From: Octopus sinensis
Lineage: Eukaryota
Length of the DNA: 64,000 bases
Reading direction: 5' to 3'
Assembly (NCBI RefSeq): GCF_006345805.1
Contig: NC_043003.1
Coordinates: 79,794,001 to 79,858,000, forward strand
Shown one piece after another: positions 13,103-27,958 of the stretch. The notes beneath the pieces are model-generated. The model saw only the letters and a program-made list of their open reading frames with translations. It was not told the origin of the DNA and did not search any database. Every line of letters begins with the position of its first letter. The first letter of the stretch is position 1. The translations under genes and the position numbers were made by a program.

Positions 13103-14481
13103 CTTACAGTGAGTGTGTAAATATAAAAAAAAACAAGCAAAATATGTCCAATAAATGACAATCTTAGAAATGTAGACTTGAACATAGATATAATAGTCTA
13201 TGCTTTTCACGTACACATTATAATTTATTTCTGTTGACATTTAACAACAGTTGGACTGGATCCAGAAAACGTGTGAATGACATGGGGTTTGAAAATATGC
13301 TGATTTGTGGAAGCATTTACATAAAAAACGACTTTCTTACCAGAATAAGGTTTTGGAATTTAACACAAAACTTACCTAAAACTATAAAAACCATTTAACG
13401 GCAAAAGTTTTGATTTGTATCTATCTCGCAGGCAATATTTTGAGAGTGTGATATATGATGCAAGTTGTCTATAGCGTATAGTTGGTCGTATTTCACAATT
13501 TATAAATGTAAGAAAATACTGAAATTCATTATCATTTGGGGATTTTTAGAAGATGGAAGGAAAATAAACAGTTTACATTTTTTACTGCTAGAATGTTCAG
13601 AGTAATGATTTGAATCCATAATAATATGTAGTGGCCTGACTTTATTGTTGAATAACAACTGATGCTGTGCTAAAATAAAGCGATCACCTGCATTATCTTA
13701 ATGTTAATTCGGAGTTTAGATTTTGCCCGAAGCAGATTCTTTCAATCATTATCCGACCCAGAGTTGGTAAAATAAATCGATGAAATCAATGAGAAGAAAA
13801 ATAAATATCGAAAAAAATATTGACAAAAAAAATATCAACTCTGATAACTACACCATCTAAAAGACAGCAACAATGTATATCTGAGAAAATTAGAGCTTCT
13901 GTGTGGTCACTCATCTGTTAGACATAGCAGCCAAATTCCCTCAAATTTGATCCTATCATCTTAAAATGGAAGGGATATATTGAATGATGTATTCCAAGGT
14001 AGCCTTTAAAAAAACTGAATGGTTAAGAATGGAATACCTTTTGACCATGGATCTGTCTTATAAGGGACTTTCTGGGATTAAGAGATAACGCTAACATTCC
14101 TTCAAGTCAAGAAGGGAACCACCTTGCAAGAAACTGTAGCCAAATCTCCTTCACATCACATTCAACCATTATTTGTATAATGACAGGACATTAGATACTA
14201 TATTCCTACATTTTACGTAAACAGCTGGGATGATCAAAAGCTAGAATGATATTAATCAGAGGTGAAAGAACAGCAAATATTCATAACATAAGAGAGGTAG
14301 GTGATGCGCTATAAGTGTGTGTGGTTAGTTTAGAAACTCTAAAACATTGAGTTAAAATTCTATTTGATTCGATATTTTTTTCATCTTTCCAAGGCAAATC
14401 ACTACAATCACTAACTGTGATATATTGGTAACTCCATAACGTATTTGTGACTTTACCATGGGAAAATCAAGTCAATATTTA

Positions 14482-15005
14482 CGAGGGGAAGTAAAAAATT
14501 AGCCGCATTTCCGCCATAACATACCTTTATTATTCTTCACAGTGTCTTCAGCGAACGTGAGCCTATAGTTGGTAATATTTTGGTCATGTGATCATAGTTT
14601 GAGTCTGATCAGGCCATTTTTTCTTTCTGTCTTCACGGCGTAAGCATGGCCGCTCCAGTAGCATTGTGCACCAAGGAAGAACAAAGAGCAGTGAGCCGAT
14701 ATCTTTGGCCGGAAGGTGTGTCAGGTGTTGAAATTAATCAAAGATTTTTAGCACCATATGGGAACAATGCACTACCGCGTAGAAGTGTGTATTAGTGAAT
14801 AGAAAAAATTGAAAGTAGCCGGATATTGTGAACATTGCTAGTGGAGCGGCCAGGCTTACACTGTAAAGCCAGAAAGAAAAATGGCGCGATCAAGGCTCAC
14901 GTGACCACAGTAATACCAACCATAAGCACTCATGAGCAGAAGGCAGTGTGACAATAATAAAGGTATGTTATGTTGAAAGTGCAGATAATTTTTGACTTAC
15001 CTTCG
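14482..15005 (+). mobile_element. Internally deleted mariner with both TIRs
   Basis: Left TIR (TA)CGAGGGGAAGTAAAAAATTAGCCGC; right TIR reverse complement ACGAAGGTAAGTCAAAAATTATCTGC; N-terminal HTH peptide from ATG 14646: MAAPVALCTKEEQRAVSRYLWPEGVSGVEINQRFLAPYGNNALPRRSVY. Confidence 0.85.
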
Positions 15006-15889
15006 TTGATATTAAAATTACAGTGGAGTATCGGAAATAAGAATGATATCCGATGACATCCCTTCGGTTATCTGGTTACACGTCCTTACGTTATGAATTA
15101 AATATCCTACTGGAGCAGACCTTGTCCTTCATTTCTTTAGAGTTCATAAACTAAGTAAGCCGTACCACTATATGTTTACGAAGGTCACTCCAAAACTGTT
15201 CAGTACCTTGGGCATGGCATGCGTTTCCTATCATAGCTTCACATTCACTAAAATATCGTGAGTAAAATTTTGTTGATAGAAGCTGCATGGAAGCCATTCA
15301 GAAAAATACAGGAAAGTAGGATCAGCAAAGTCAGGGACAGAGGAAAAACAAATAAAAAGAACTAATAGCAGTTTCAATAATTTAACGGTGAGCCAAGTAG
15401 CAAATGAATAACGGACTGGCAGTATATTGTGTCTCTAATCGGACCTCATCTTTCAGACTGCACAAAATAATCAGCCATAAATATTCTACATAATAGGAAC
15501 AACTCGTTATCCTGATAAGGTTGGGTAGGGGTCCTTGTGAATTTGAGAATGATTGTTTCATTGGCATTCTGTGTCTGGTTCCTTTATTGAAAGCCGAATG
15601 TTTATTTGGAGTTTCTCGAAGTGTTTATATGTATCGTAGCAGTGTTGTTCTAAATGTGTGAGGAATACTCTATTAATATTTGCCGACTTTTCTGAGAAAA
15701 ACCTAGAATTTTGGATTTAGTTTAGACTATGCTATATATATCTGAGTGAAGATTTATTAAGTGTTAAATATAATCGGTAAACCAGTTGTGAAAACGTTGT
15801 TTTCATTGAAATAACAGTAGGCATCTACTAGGTGTATAAGAACCGACATCTGCAACAAAATGAATACTTTTACAGTATGCACACGCACA

Positions 15890-17368
<1,479 letters not shown>

Positions 17369-17382
17369 ATTTACATACATGT

Positions 17383-17492
17383 GGAGACGCAGTGGCCCAG
17401 TGGTTAGGGCAGTGGACTCGCGGTTGTTGGATCGCGGTTTCAATTCCCAGACCGGGCGTTGTGAGTGTTTATTGAGTGAAAACACTTAAAAG
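17383..17492 (+). mobile_element. SINE-C 5' fragment
   Basis: GGAGACGCAGTGGCCCAGTGGTTAGGGC..GGTTTCAATTCCCAGACC tRNA-like head. Confidence 0.85.
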
Positions 17493-17544
17493 CTGCACTC
17501 TTTCTTCTGTTGGCTTGCTCGCTCATATTATTATATATATATAT

Positions 17545-17811
17545 CACCGTGACCGACCAGTCTATCAGCTGTTGCTACACATCGCTGGTCACAATGCGCT
17601 TCGCATTGTTTTAGCTTTCAAATGACGCCATCCCGCTGGCTAAGCGAGCAACAGAAGAAAGAGTGAGAGAAAGTTGTGGCGAAAGAGTACAGCAGGGATC
17701 CCCCCCACCCTGACGGAGACTCGTGGAGCTTTAGGTGTTTTCCCTCAATAAACACTCCCGGGTTGGGAAACGAAACCGCGATCCTACGACCGCGAGTCCG
17801 CTGCTCTAACC
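17545..17811 (-). mobile_element. SINE with SINE-C head/body and a different 3' tail
   Basis: 17650-17811 matches SINE-C; 17545-17650 does not match the SINE-C tail. Confidence 0.7.
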
Positions 17812-17864
17812 ATATATATGTATGTATGTATATATATATATATGCATGTGTATATGTATGATAT

Positions 17865-18250
17865 GGAAGCACTCCGTCGGTTACGACGATGAGGGTTCCT
17901 GTTGATCCGAATCAACGGAACAGCCTGCTCGTGAAATTAACGTGTAAGTGGCTGAGCACTCCACAGACACGTGCACCCTTAACGTAGTTCTCGGGGATAT
18001 TCAGCGTGACACAGAGAGTGACAAGGCCGGCCCCTTGAAATACAGGTACAACAGAAACACAGGAAGTAAGAGTGAGAGAAAGTTGTGGTGAAAGAGTACA
18101 GCAGGGATCACCACCATCCCCTGCCGGAGCCTCGTGGAGCTTTTAGGTGTTTTCGCTCAATAAACACTCACAACGCCCGGTCTGGGAATCGAAACCGCGA
18201 TCCTATGACCGCGAGTCCGCTGCCCTAACCACTGGGCCATTGCGCCTCCA
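17865..18250 (-). mobile_element. Full-length SINE-C
   Basis: Near-identical to 35816-36202; 12-bp TSD TATGTATGATAT at 17853-17864 and 18252-18263. Confidence 0.9.
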
Positions 18251-18519
18251 CTATGTATGATATATGCGTATGCAGAAAGAGCGAGAAAGAGAGAGAGAGA
18301 GTGATGAGAGAGAAAGTTGAGAGAGAGAGAGAGAGAGAGGTTTCAGCCTAAGCATTAGCTGAATATGCAAAATAGAATTGATTTCTTTTTTTAAAAGTAC
18401 ATATTATTCGTATGTTGGCATGTGAGATGCGTCACAAGTTGGATAGGTAGATGCAATAGGTAGAGCAATTCTGATAGATAAAAGCATTAATTAAAACCAA
18501 CCATAAAAATGATTAAAGT

Positions 18520-18929
18520 GGCGCAGGAGTGGCTGTGTGGTAAGTAGCTTGCTAACCAACCACATGGTTCCCGGTTCAGTCCCACTGCGTGGCACCTTGG
18601 GCAAGTGTCTTCTGCTATAGCCCCGGGCCGACCAATGCCTTGTGAGTGGATTTGGTAGATGGAAACTGAAAGAAGCCCGTCGTATATATCTATATATATA
18701 TATATGTGTGCGTGTATGTTTGTGTGTCTGTGTGTGTTCCCCTAGCATTGCTTGACAACCGATGCTGGTGTGTTTACGTCCCCGTTACTTAGCGGTTCGG
18801 CAAAAGAGACCGATAGAATAAGTACTGGGCTTACAAAAGAATAAGTGCCGGGGTCGAGTTGCTCGATTAAAGGCGGTGCTCCAGCATGGCCGCAGTCAAA
18901 TGACTGAAACAAGTAAAAGAGTAAAAGAG
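18520..18929 (+). mobile_element. Full-length SINE-B
   Basis: GGCGCAGGAGTGGCTGTGTGGTAAG head; (TAAAAGAG)n tail. Confidence 0.9.
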
Positions 18930-18974
18930 TAAAGTGATGTATTCAATATATGGTTTTAAGAAAGAAGAAATAAT

Positions 18975-19374
18975 TCTTTTCTACTCTTGGCACAAGGCCC
19001 GACATTTTTGGGGAGCGGGGCCAGTCGATTAGATCGACCCCAGTAGTCAACTGGTGCTTAGTTTATCGACCCCGAAATGATGAAAGGTAAAGTCGACCTC
19101 GGCGGAATTTGGACTCAGAACGTAAAGACAGACGAAATACCTATTTCTTTGCTACCCACAAGGGACTAAACACAGAAGGGACAAACAAGGACAGATAAAC
19201 GGATTACGTCGATTATATCGACCCCCAGTGCGTAACAGGTACTTAATTTATCGACCCCGAAAGGATGAGAGGAAAAAGCCGACCTCGTCGGAATTTGAAC
19301 TCAGAACGTAACGGCAGACGAAATACGGCTACGTATTTCGTCCGACGTGCTAACGATTCTGCCAGCTCGCCGCC
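18975..19374 (-). mobile_element. SINE-A dimer (head-core-tail1 plus core-tail2)
   Basis: 19-bp TSD TTAAGAAAGAAGAAATAAT at 18956-18974 and 19375-19393; junction at 19141/19142. Confidence 0.9.
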
Positions 19375-19904
19375 TTAAGAAAGAAGAAATAATGTGATAA
19401 GAATTATATGGGTAGTAAAGTGAATAATTGTGTGCGTGTGTATGTGTTAAGTTAGTGTGCAATGTGACTATCCGAATTTGTTATGATGAATGAAGTTATG
19501 GAAAACAAAGTAACTGAATTTGAAAAAGACTGTATACATTATTAACGGATAATGTTTAAGAGAACTAGAAAAGGTAGTATTACAAAGTTAATGTTTAGTT
19601 ATGTTACCATAATATCTATAAATTTTATTATATATTACTTTAAACTGAATTAGTCATAATTATCAAGATGTAAATTATTCAAAGAATTATTGCGCTGAAG
19701 AATAAGCATTTAAAAAAGAATAAATTGATGTCTACAAAATTTATATTAACGTAAATTATATTACCTGGACAACCTATTTATGTTGGAGCAATATATTTCA
19801 GTACTAATTAGTACATTCAAATGATATGATTATTTAATTGTAGCGTGTAATACAAACACTATAAAGTGAAGACGTCTGTTGTTTTGAGAAGAAATTTAAC
19901 TTAC

Positions 19905-19944
19905 CTTTTTATTTTTATTTATTAGATATATCAGGAGAAAAGCT
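19905..19944 (-). CDS. Candidate 40-nt exon C (AFLLIYLINKNKK)
   Basis: Acceptor gtcttttag and perfect donor aag|gtaagt; open only when entered in phase 2. Confidence 0.35.
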
Positions 19945-22759
19945 CTAAAAGACACGTGGTAGAATCTATACTTTATCTAACTGGTTTATACCAAAACTAT
20001 ATTGAGTTATTGCTTTAAACATTTATTTTTGTTGGAAACTAATTTATAGTTAGATGTCTGTATTCTCAAATAACTTAGAAAGGTAAGATAGTATTTTAAA
20101 TATCATAATTTGATTAATATGTTGACTAAAATAACTAAATGACCTCAGAAGTATGTAACAATCTATGAGTCGTGTTACGCTGTCCGTCTTTGTGATGTCT
20201 GTTACACGTTACTTTCAAATTAGATGATGTTTAATTATCTTATCTTTTCTTTTAGTGAGGAGGGAAGCAGCACCCATAACACTGGCGTTAGACCGAGCAA
20301 TGGATTAAGCCTACCACCCGAATAGGTCCTGGTGGATTTGTATTCAAAAGGCAAAAAACATTCCAAGGATACGGTCCGTCGTTCGTTCAGTTCTGTCAAT
20401 CCACCACTCTGTACTGATACTTTCCCTTTCGCCTTCGAAATGATTAAAACTAAAAATTATCCTCGGTAGGGTTTAAACTTGAAACGCTGAGAGCAAATAC
20501 TACGTGGAATTCTGTCCGACATGTCTTGCAAACAACTTGCACATGCAAGTGCTACCAGTCAAAAACTCTGCCCACCGGAAGCCAGCAAGTGTATCGGGTC
20601 ATCAGGAGAGAATGCGCGCCGTCTCGAGGCCTACCTCTCGACAGCGTCAATGCGCACTGGCCCCTCCCTCACTGATATGAGACCCTGCTTGCTAGATCAA
20701 CTGATTATTAAATAAAGCTCAATATTCTTCTAGTCATCGCTCATCGTCTCTTTTTAACCAAATCCAGTGGCTAACCTTTTCCACTGTAGTTTGGATATCG
20801 GTCATGGTGTTATTGACTTTACGATGAGTTAGGCCTAATGTTAACAACAGTCGTCTCACACTGTCAACAATCCCTCTACATCCGACTTCGAATGGAAAAT
20901 GCTCTGCTTTCCGGCCTGCGTCTTCTCATTCCTCGAGGAGGTTTACATAACGGTCAATCTTTCGAGCCCGACAGAGAGCGAATACTGCATGGCATTCTGT
21001 CCGACACTCTAACGACTCTGCCAATTTGCAACTTAAAAGAAACGAAATAGTTCAACAGTAGATTTATTAAATTTACTAATTAAATCCACATGTACAACAT
21101 GAGGAAAAATAAGTTTTCATTTTAGTTTTGGACAAAGTTTATATTTTCTCGCACGCCACCCCAAAAAGGCTATGAATATTTCACTCCAAAATACAACAAT
21201 AAAGTGCGTGATGAAAAGTAAAATACATAAAGATGATGGATACAGGACAAAGAAAAAGGAAGGTAGTAAAAATAGCGACAGGTTTACTAAAACCTGCTAA
21301 ATCTGTTGTAAACGTATTTAGATCTGTCGAAAGGAGTTCCTTCTACTCATCGAAACTACACACGTTTGAGGTAGCTTAAAAAAAGCACCTGTTAGTAAAA
21401 CTGTCAAATCTACCATGTAGTGGATAGATGTATTATTTTCCACTTATATGTTTATTAATGTTCAAAAAATTATGAAAGGAAAAATTTATGGAAACATTCC
21501 ATATTGTGAATGAAAATGATTCTCTAAAACCAATTATTTACCATTTTATTTATGTATAAGGACGTTTCAGCAAAGATATTTCACCGAAATGTTAAGCTGA
21601 TATTGTGGACAAAATTATTGTCACAAATATTAATAACCTACACATACAGATTTCCAAGTGTGAGAAATTTTATTTGATTACCTATCTGATAAAAATAGCA
21701 GCCAAGTTTCCTTCAGAAGCGCTAAAAACACATATCATGATGATGAAAGCAGATTCTTGATTAGGAACTGTGCTAATGAAGAAGCCATCTTAGTAAATCT
21801 AAATATTGTAGAATGCGCGTATATACTGAGTTTGTAGGATATGAAATAAAATATCGTTTAAAATGAAGAGTTTTAGTTAAACAATATTAAAAAGAATATA
21901 TATTTATCCTTCACCGAGAAAGTTGCGCATCTGTCCGTTCCATACACGCTATCCTCATATTGAGATGATTTTTAAGTCACATATTTTGAGAAATGAAATT
22001 AAAAAGTAATAAACGAAAAAAAAACAAACAAAAAACCCAGCTAATTTATTCATTGAATTCACATACGCAGCGTTCATGTTATTAGGAAATATGGAAACCA
22101 AGATGTCAAAAATATAATTCATTACAAAAGGAAATTTTAATAAATGCAATATTATGTATATTTACATTTACTATGAATATTTTACATTAAATATGTATTA
22201 TATTTATTAGAATAATGAAATGAAAAAATATAAAGGAAAAGATATTTTCTTTATTATTTTATCTGTTGTAGTCATTGGACTGCAGCCATGCTGAGGTATC
22301 GCCTTGAAGGCTTTGGTGAGCCTAGTACTTATTTTTTAAGAGCGGCACTTATTGCATCGCACTCTTTTTTTCGAAACATTAAGTTACTAGGACGTAAGCA
22401 AATCACCAACAATTTTCAAGTGATGATGGTGCAAACAAAGACCCATACGCATTTATGCATATATATGTATACATACATATATATCACTTTCCGTCTACTA
22501 AATTTACACACAAGCCATTTATCTGCCTAAAGCTATAGTAGAAGATATTTGCCATGGGTACCGTGCGGTTGGACTGAACCCAAAACAATATGGTTGTAAT
22601 GTTAACTTTTTAACTACACAGCAACACTTACTCCTACGGTTACATATATGGCGGTTACATAATATTCAATTTGTTAAATTAAGTCTGTAGAAACATTTTG
22701 TTAAAACTCAAATTTTATTGAAATAAAAAAAAATTAAAGAAAACCACATCAATGTAAGG

Positions 22760-24960
22760 TGCGAGAATACGCAAAGCAAAGGGTTTTACTCAGATTTTTA
22801 TCTATTGCAACTGCGACTTGTCTTAAAATTTTATTCAAGGAATTACAAAATATGAATGAGGTATGTGAAATGACTCTCAGAGAAGCAGCAAGAATACGAA
22901 TAAGAATAGGCAAAGAGATAGGAAACGAAGGAGACAAAACGTAATAACTGGAAGATTAAAAAGAAGCGGATGTATGCAGCATCACAATGACAAACATGTG
23001 AACAAGGTCCTCAAGAGCAGTGAAAAAAAATTTTGGTTCAAAATATTGTGTATTTTGAAGCACGGACAACAACATTCATAAGAGGATCGAAAAAATACTT
23101 TGGTTCACGATGCAGAACAACAAGAAGTACCACGCCATAAACTTTCTCAAGATAAACGTGAATAGATTTTAGAGAATGATACTAAGCAACATTGTCAATT
23201 AATGCAGCGACTTTATTAAGAACAAAGACAGGAACAATTAGCGCAGAGTTGTGGCTCAATGGACGTCAGATGTCGTAACGAACTAGTGTTTATAGGAAAG
23301 CACACTGGAGGAATATTGGACTTCTCTGGTTATGGTATTTGTAGTAAATCTGATTTACTTGTATTTAACAAGTAAAACTTACCTGATGAACTACAAAAAT
23401 TGTTTATTCTTGATGTATCAAAAGCAAAATATTCCAGAAAAACAAAACTAAAAAAAAAAAACATTGAGATGTTTGACAGTACTATGGCCATGTGTAGCAT
23501 AAAAGCAAAAGATGCTACAGATGCCCGAGGCCTTTACTACTTAAAGATTTCACGGAGTTGTTTATAGATTTTTTTTGAGCACCGAAAAATACTGTTGCAG
23601 ATGTGCCATCCTGCTTGCAAACTTAATTTTACAATTCTGAGAAACAAATTCGACTGCGTATGCATAGAGTAGTTGCAGACAGTGGAAGAGAAAATCTTGG
23701 TGCTATTATTTTCCGTACATTTCATTCTGCTATAGTTTCGACTAACAACATTTATTTGCAATTATTACTGTCTGACTAAGAACAAATTGATGGTGGCATA
23801 ATATCACACAATGTTTCTATTAGGTTAGATGCTTACAAAAGGCCAGATAATACACACTTTCAAAATGCAAAACTTGTCTACAACAGAGTTGCTGTATTAA
23901 TACCTGGTAAAGACTAGAAATTTCATGAGACTTAACATTTTGGTGCAAAAATTCTGTGCTGAACAAATTTTAAAAATTGTTAGCGGTTCTCACCGAGCCT
24001 ATGACCCCATGATATATGCGTGTATTTTTTCCTTGGTATTTTAGATAAATATACCGCAATATATTAGACCAACGAATGATAAAAAGTTACATGTTCTCAA
24101 TTTTATTCTTTTCGAATAACAAAGAATACTGCAATACAGACACCGTCTTTTTCAGCAATTTTGTGCAGACCATTGTGCCTGCATCCAATCCACTTATTTA
24201 TATTAGAAACGAGCAACACGTCCTACGAGCGGACTTGTAATATAGTCTGGCAGGTGCAATTGTTACAGGGGATGCTGATCAGACTAGATTTCAAATCTAG
24301 TGTTTTAGGAAACTAAATGGCCCACATTAGTACAATTCAAGAAAAGACGTTCACCTCATTACCATATTATCTATATAGCTGAGAACAACAAATACATCGA
24401 AGGTTGTCTCTGTTGAACTTCTCAAATCAAATAATGCGCTCATAACTTGTTATGGTTTGCAAGCTGCAAACTACCAGATATAAATGTGTCTTTTGATCAA
24501 GACGAAATAGGTCCATTAGCCGAAGTCTATTAAAACGAACACATAATCATGCTTAATAAAGGAGGTTGCCTTGTGGTGAATAAAAAATGACAACAATGAA
24601 GGCGGCCTGATAATTATTGATGCTCCAGAAGGAACACACAAAACATTCTTACTGAACTTTCTACTGTCATCTATTCCAAAAAATTGCAGAATACGTTTTG
24701 TCAGATATTGTGGCCACACTATGACAGGTTAGACATACTCCACATTTTTGTTTCAAGTTTCTCATTCCGGTAAGATCTACATTGGCTATAAAGTTCTATG
24801 TCTGCTCGGGACTATATAGGCATCTAAAACAACTAGTGAAAGCAGGGCACATACTATCAACTCATACTCGTTTGCAAGCTTTGGTTATAGTTGTGTTTTG
24901 ATTTAACAAAACGTTGGCAAAAGTTGGATCTAAGAGACCAATGGTTGTAACATATGTAAT
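22760..24960 (+). mobile_element. Decayed Helitron Rep-helicase
   Basis: CGSMDVRCR (~23250), LPDELQKLF, SGSHRAYDPMIY (~23985), HUH-like VQFKKRRSPHYHI (24330-24371), Walker-A-like DAPEGTHKTF (24619-24648), all in canonical order. Confidence 0.85.
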
Positions 24961-26199
24961 GTCCAATTATTGAGGAGAAAAAATGTACAAATACCTAGAA
25001 ATTTAAGCAATTATATTAATACGAATAAGAATTCAATATATTTGGATGGATAGTGTCTCTTAATTTTCATGCATGGATTTGCAATATTTTGTGAGAATTT
25101 TAGAGAAAAAATAAAACGGAGGTATTTTGTTTTAATAAAATCGTTGTCTGCAATATATATAACAATTTTAAATCAATAAAATGTATGTTTTTAAATGCAG
25201 GTTGTTATTAAAATCAGTTTGTAATATGTAAAGCAATAGTATGATTAATTTGAAAAAGAAACTGTTTTTGGTGAGAATATATAAAAATGAAGCAAAACTT
25301 TTTTTTAATCGACAATGGTGTAATATATAAAAAATATATGTGTAAGTAACAGTTGTATCTATATTTATGGAGGTGTTAAACGTAACCGAGAACACTTTTT
25401 GGATATCGGTTTTAAGAAACAGATAACGAATTACATTTAAGGGAAATTACAGAAATGTACCCACCCCACACAAAAATATAAGAAAATAGAAAATGAAATA
25501 AAAGATAAAATATGTTGAGTACAACCTGAGAAAAAAATCTTGAATATCAAATAAAGTCTGTTTCGAAGTCATAGTTAAGAAAGCAATCGCTGATATTAAA
25601 AAAGCGCGGTTGCTTTAAATAATGAACTTTACAGAAAAGTTTTCATTCAGTGGGAGAATTACCTGCTTTAGCCTGTTCGTATTGTTTTTGCTTGGTGTGT
25701 GTGTGTTTGAATGTCTTGTGTCTGCGCCACACCCACTACTTGACAATCGGTTTTTAATTTTTTTACAACGTCGTAGCTTAACGGTTGAGCAGACGGCATC
25801 GATAAATTTCCAGACTTTATGAGAGAATAGTACTGGGATCGATGCTATTGTTTAATGACTTTTAGACTACACTCCAGAATGGCGGCAGCCCCTATAACTT
25901 AAATACTAAACAAAAATACTAAAATGCAAACGTTCAACCATAATCTCAAACATCAATGTTCGAACTCATTTATTCTTTTAATCGTTTATCTGAAATGGCA
26001 GCAACAGCAGCAGCAGTTATCTTGCATGTCGACATCATATGAAGCCATCTAACTTATATCACTCTTATACACTATGTCTGCAGAGCTACATCCACATTAA
26101 ATAAGTTAGTAGAATGAATGGAAGCAAACTTATCATAACGTAACTTGTATTCGTTTTGAGTTAGTCTTTTGCAACCTTCTAATATTTGGTCAATATTTT

Positions 26200-26390
26200 C
26201 AGCTAGTTTAAGGCTGTGAGCAAAATGCGTCCGTCCTGACTTTCTGAGTTCAAATTCCGTCGAGGATGACTTTGCATTTCATTCTCTCCAGGTCGATGAA
26301 ATAAGTACCAGTTGAGTACTTGAGTCGATGTAATCAACTATTTTCCTCCGACGAAATTGGAGGTCTTGTGCCAAAATTTGAAATCAATAT
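26200..26390 (+). mobile_element. SINE-A degenerate copy (tail 2)
   Basis: Core ..TGAGTTCAAATTCCG..GTCGATGAAATAAGTACC..CTTGTGCCAAAATTTGAAATC. Confidence 0.8.
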
Positions 26391-26609
26391 TTTCTACTAG
26401 TTCGTTGATTATATAGGTACCACATATTCGTTGAGGCGATGGAATAAATAACCTAACTGAATCTGTGCTAGAGCCTGTATAACTACCAACAAGCACTCAA
26501 TTTTTCTCTTTAGATTTCCACTCTAGGACTACTCCCTCAATGGACCGAAATTCTTTGAAGTCTTGGCATTTCTGAGAAACTTTCCATGTAACTGCATTAC
26601 TTCCAGTCA

Positions 26610-27115
26610 GTCCTTTCTTTAAAAAATTACCCAATTTCGATATACATTCTTCTTTTCAAGTTCAACACAAGTAAATCCCAGGCTTATAACAGCGTGTTTA
26701 CTTTGTTCTTCGTCACAAGATAGTGATTTGATAACTTACTCACTGTCTACAATGCCAGAAATACTAATGTATATTCACCCAGGCCTCACCCTTCGATTTC
26801 ATGCATAAACGACTGACATTTGAATTCAGACGAAGCACTCTAAGCATAGTCAGGATTTTCCTTGTCTTTTTTTTTATTTTTGTTCTTTCTAAAACATTTA
26901 TTTCATCTCCCGACCAATTTACTATTCCAGCACTATAACGCAAGAGCGAAACCGCCCACGTGTTAATCGCATTTATCAACTTCCTTGTATTAAGTTTGAA
27001 CAGCGATACAAGCATTAATCTTTTCAAATATATTGCTTTCACTTTTTTCATCATTTCCCCATGTATGGTGCCATCGAGTTCCGGTATGTCCCAATGCATG
27101 TCTATTGTTGTTGCT
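26610..27115 (-). mobile_element. R4/Dong-like LINE RT-thumb fragment
   Basis: KLNTRKLINAINTWAVSLLRYSAGIVNWS..KTRKILTM. Confidence 0.85.
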
Positions 27116-27116
27116 G

Positions 27117-27311
<195 letters not shown>

Positions 27312-27946
27312 TAGATTTACAAGCAACCGGATGTGTTTTGACTTTGCACCCGTTTGTTTTACTGTAAGTATTTTCTTTCTGTTTTTGTGTTTTGTTGTTC
27401 TGTTTTATTTTGACACTTGTACTTTTTCATTTTTCACTTGTTATTCTTTTCTTTACTTTTAGCGAAGAAGACAATTCAAAATGTTTGTAAATATGACGTC
27501 TTCTATGGTGGCAATCGAATGAGAGTAACAGCATTCTTACCGAGAAGAGTAAAATGACCATAACCACCACCACTACCCCCCACTACCCCCACCACCATCA
27601 TCACTGATAAAGAAATATTTTGAATTTGTGAAAAAGGAAAGGGCTATATGATCAATATGAATGATGACCTGAATAATAATTGCACTATAAACAATAGTGT
27701 TGAGTTTGGCAACTTGGCCGATGTTGACAACAGTAATAACGATAACGACAACAACAACACCAAGATGAACAATAGTGACGATACAAATATAAGCAAAATA
27801 ACAAAATTAACGCAATTGCTAACGACAACGGTAACAGGATTTGTCAATCATATCAGAAAATGCGGAGCAGAGGCTCGGAGCGTCGTTAACAAAAAAAAAA
27901 AAAAATGAATTAGCTTTTTTGAGAAATTCCTTCAGGTGAGACGTAC

Positions 27947-27958
27947 CTTAGTTTGCTC
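27947..27958 (-). CDS. Candidate 12-nt microexon GAGCAAACTAAG
   Basis: tattttcag acceptor and aag|gtacgt donor; frame-preserving. Confidence 0.15.

Noticed and set aside
13586-13669. 84-nt minus-strand open exon candidate
   Set aside because: The donor (gca|gtaaaa) is weak and there is insufficient support.
14995-15070. Perfect minus-strand donor AAG|GTAAGT at 15000/15001
   Set aside because: It is part of the right TIR of the mariner at 14482-15005 and has no good acceptor.
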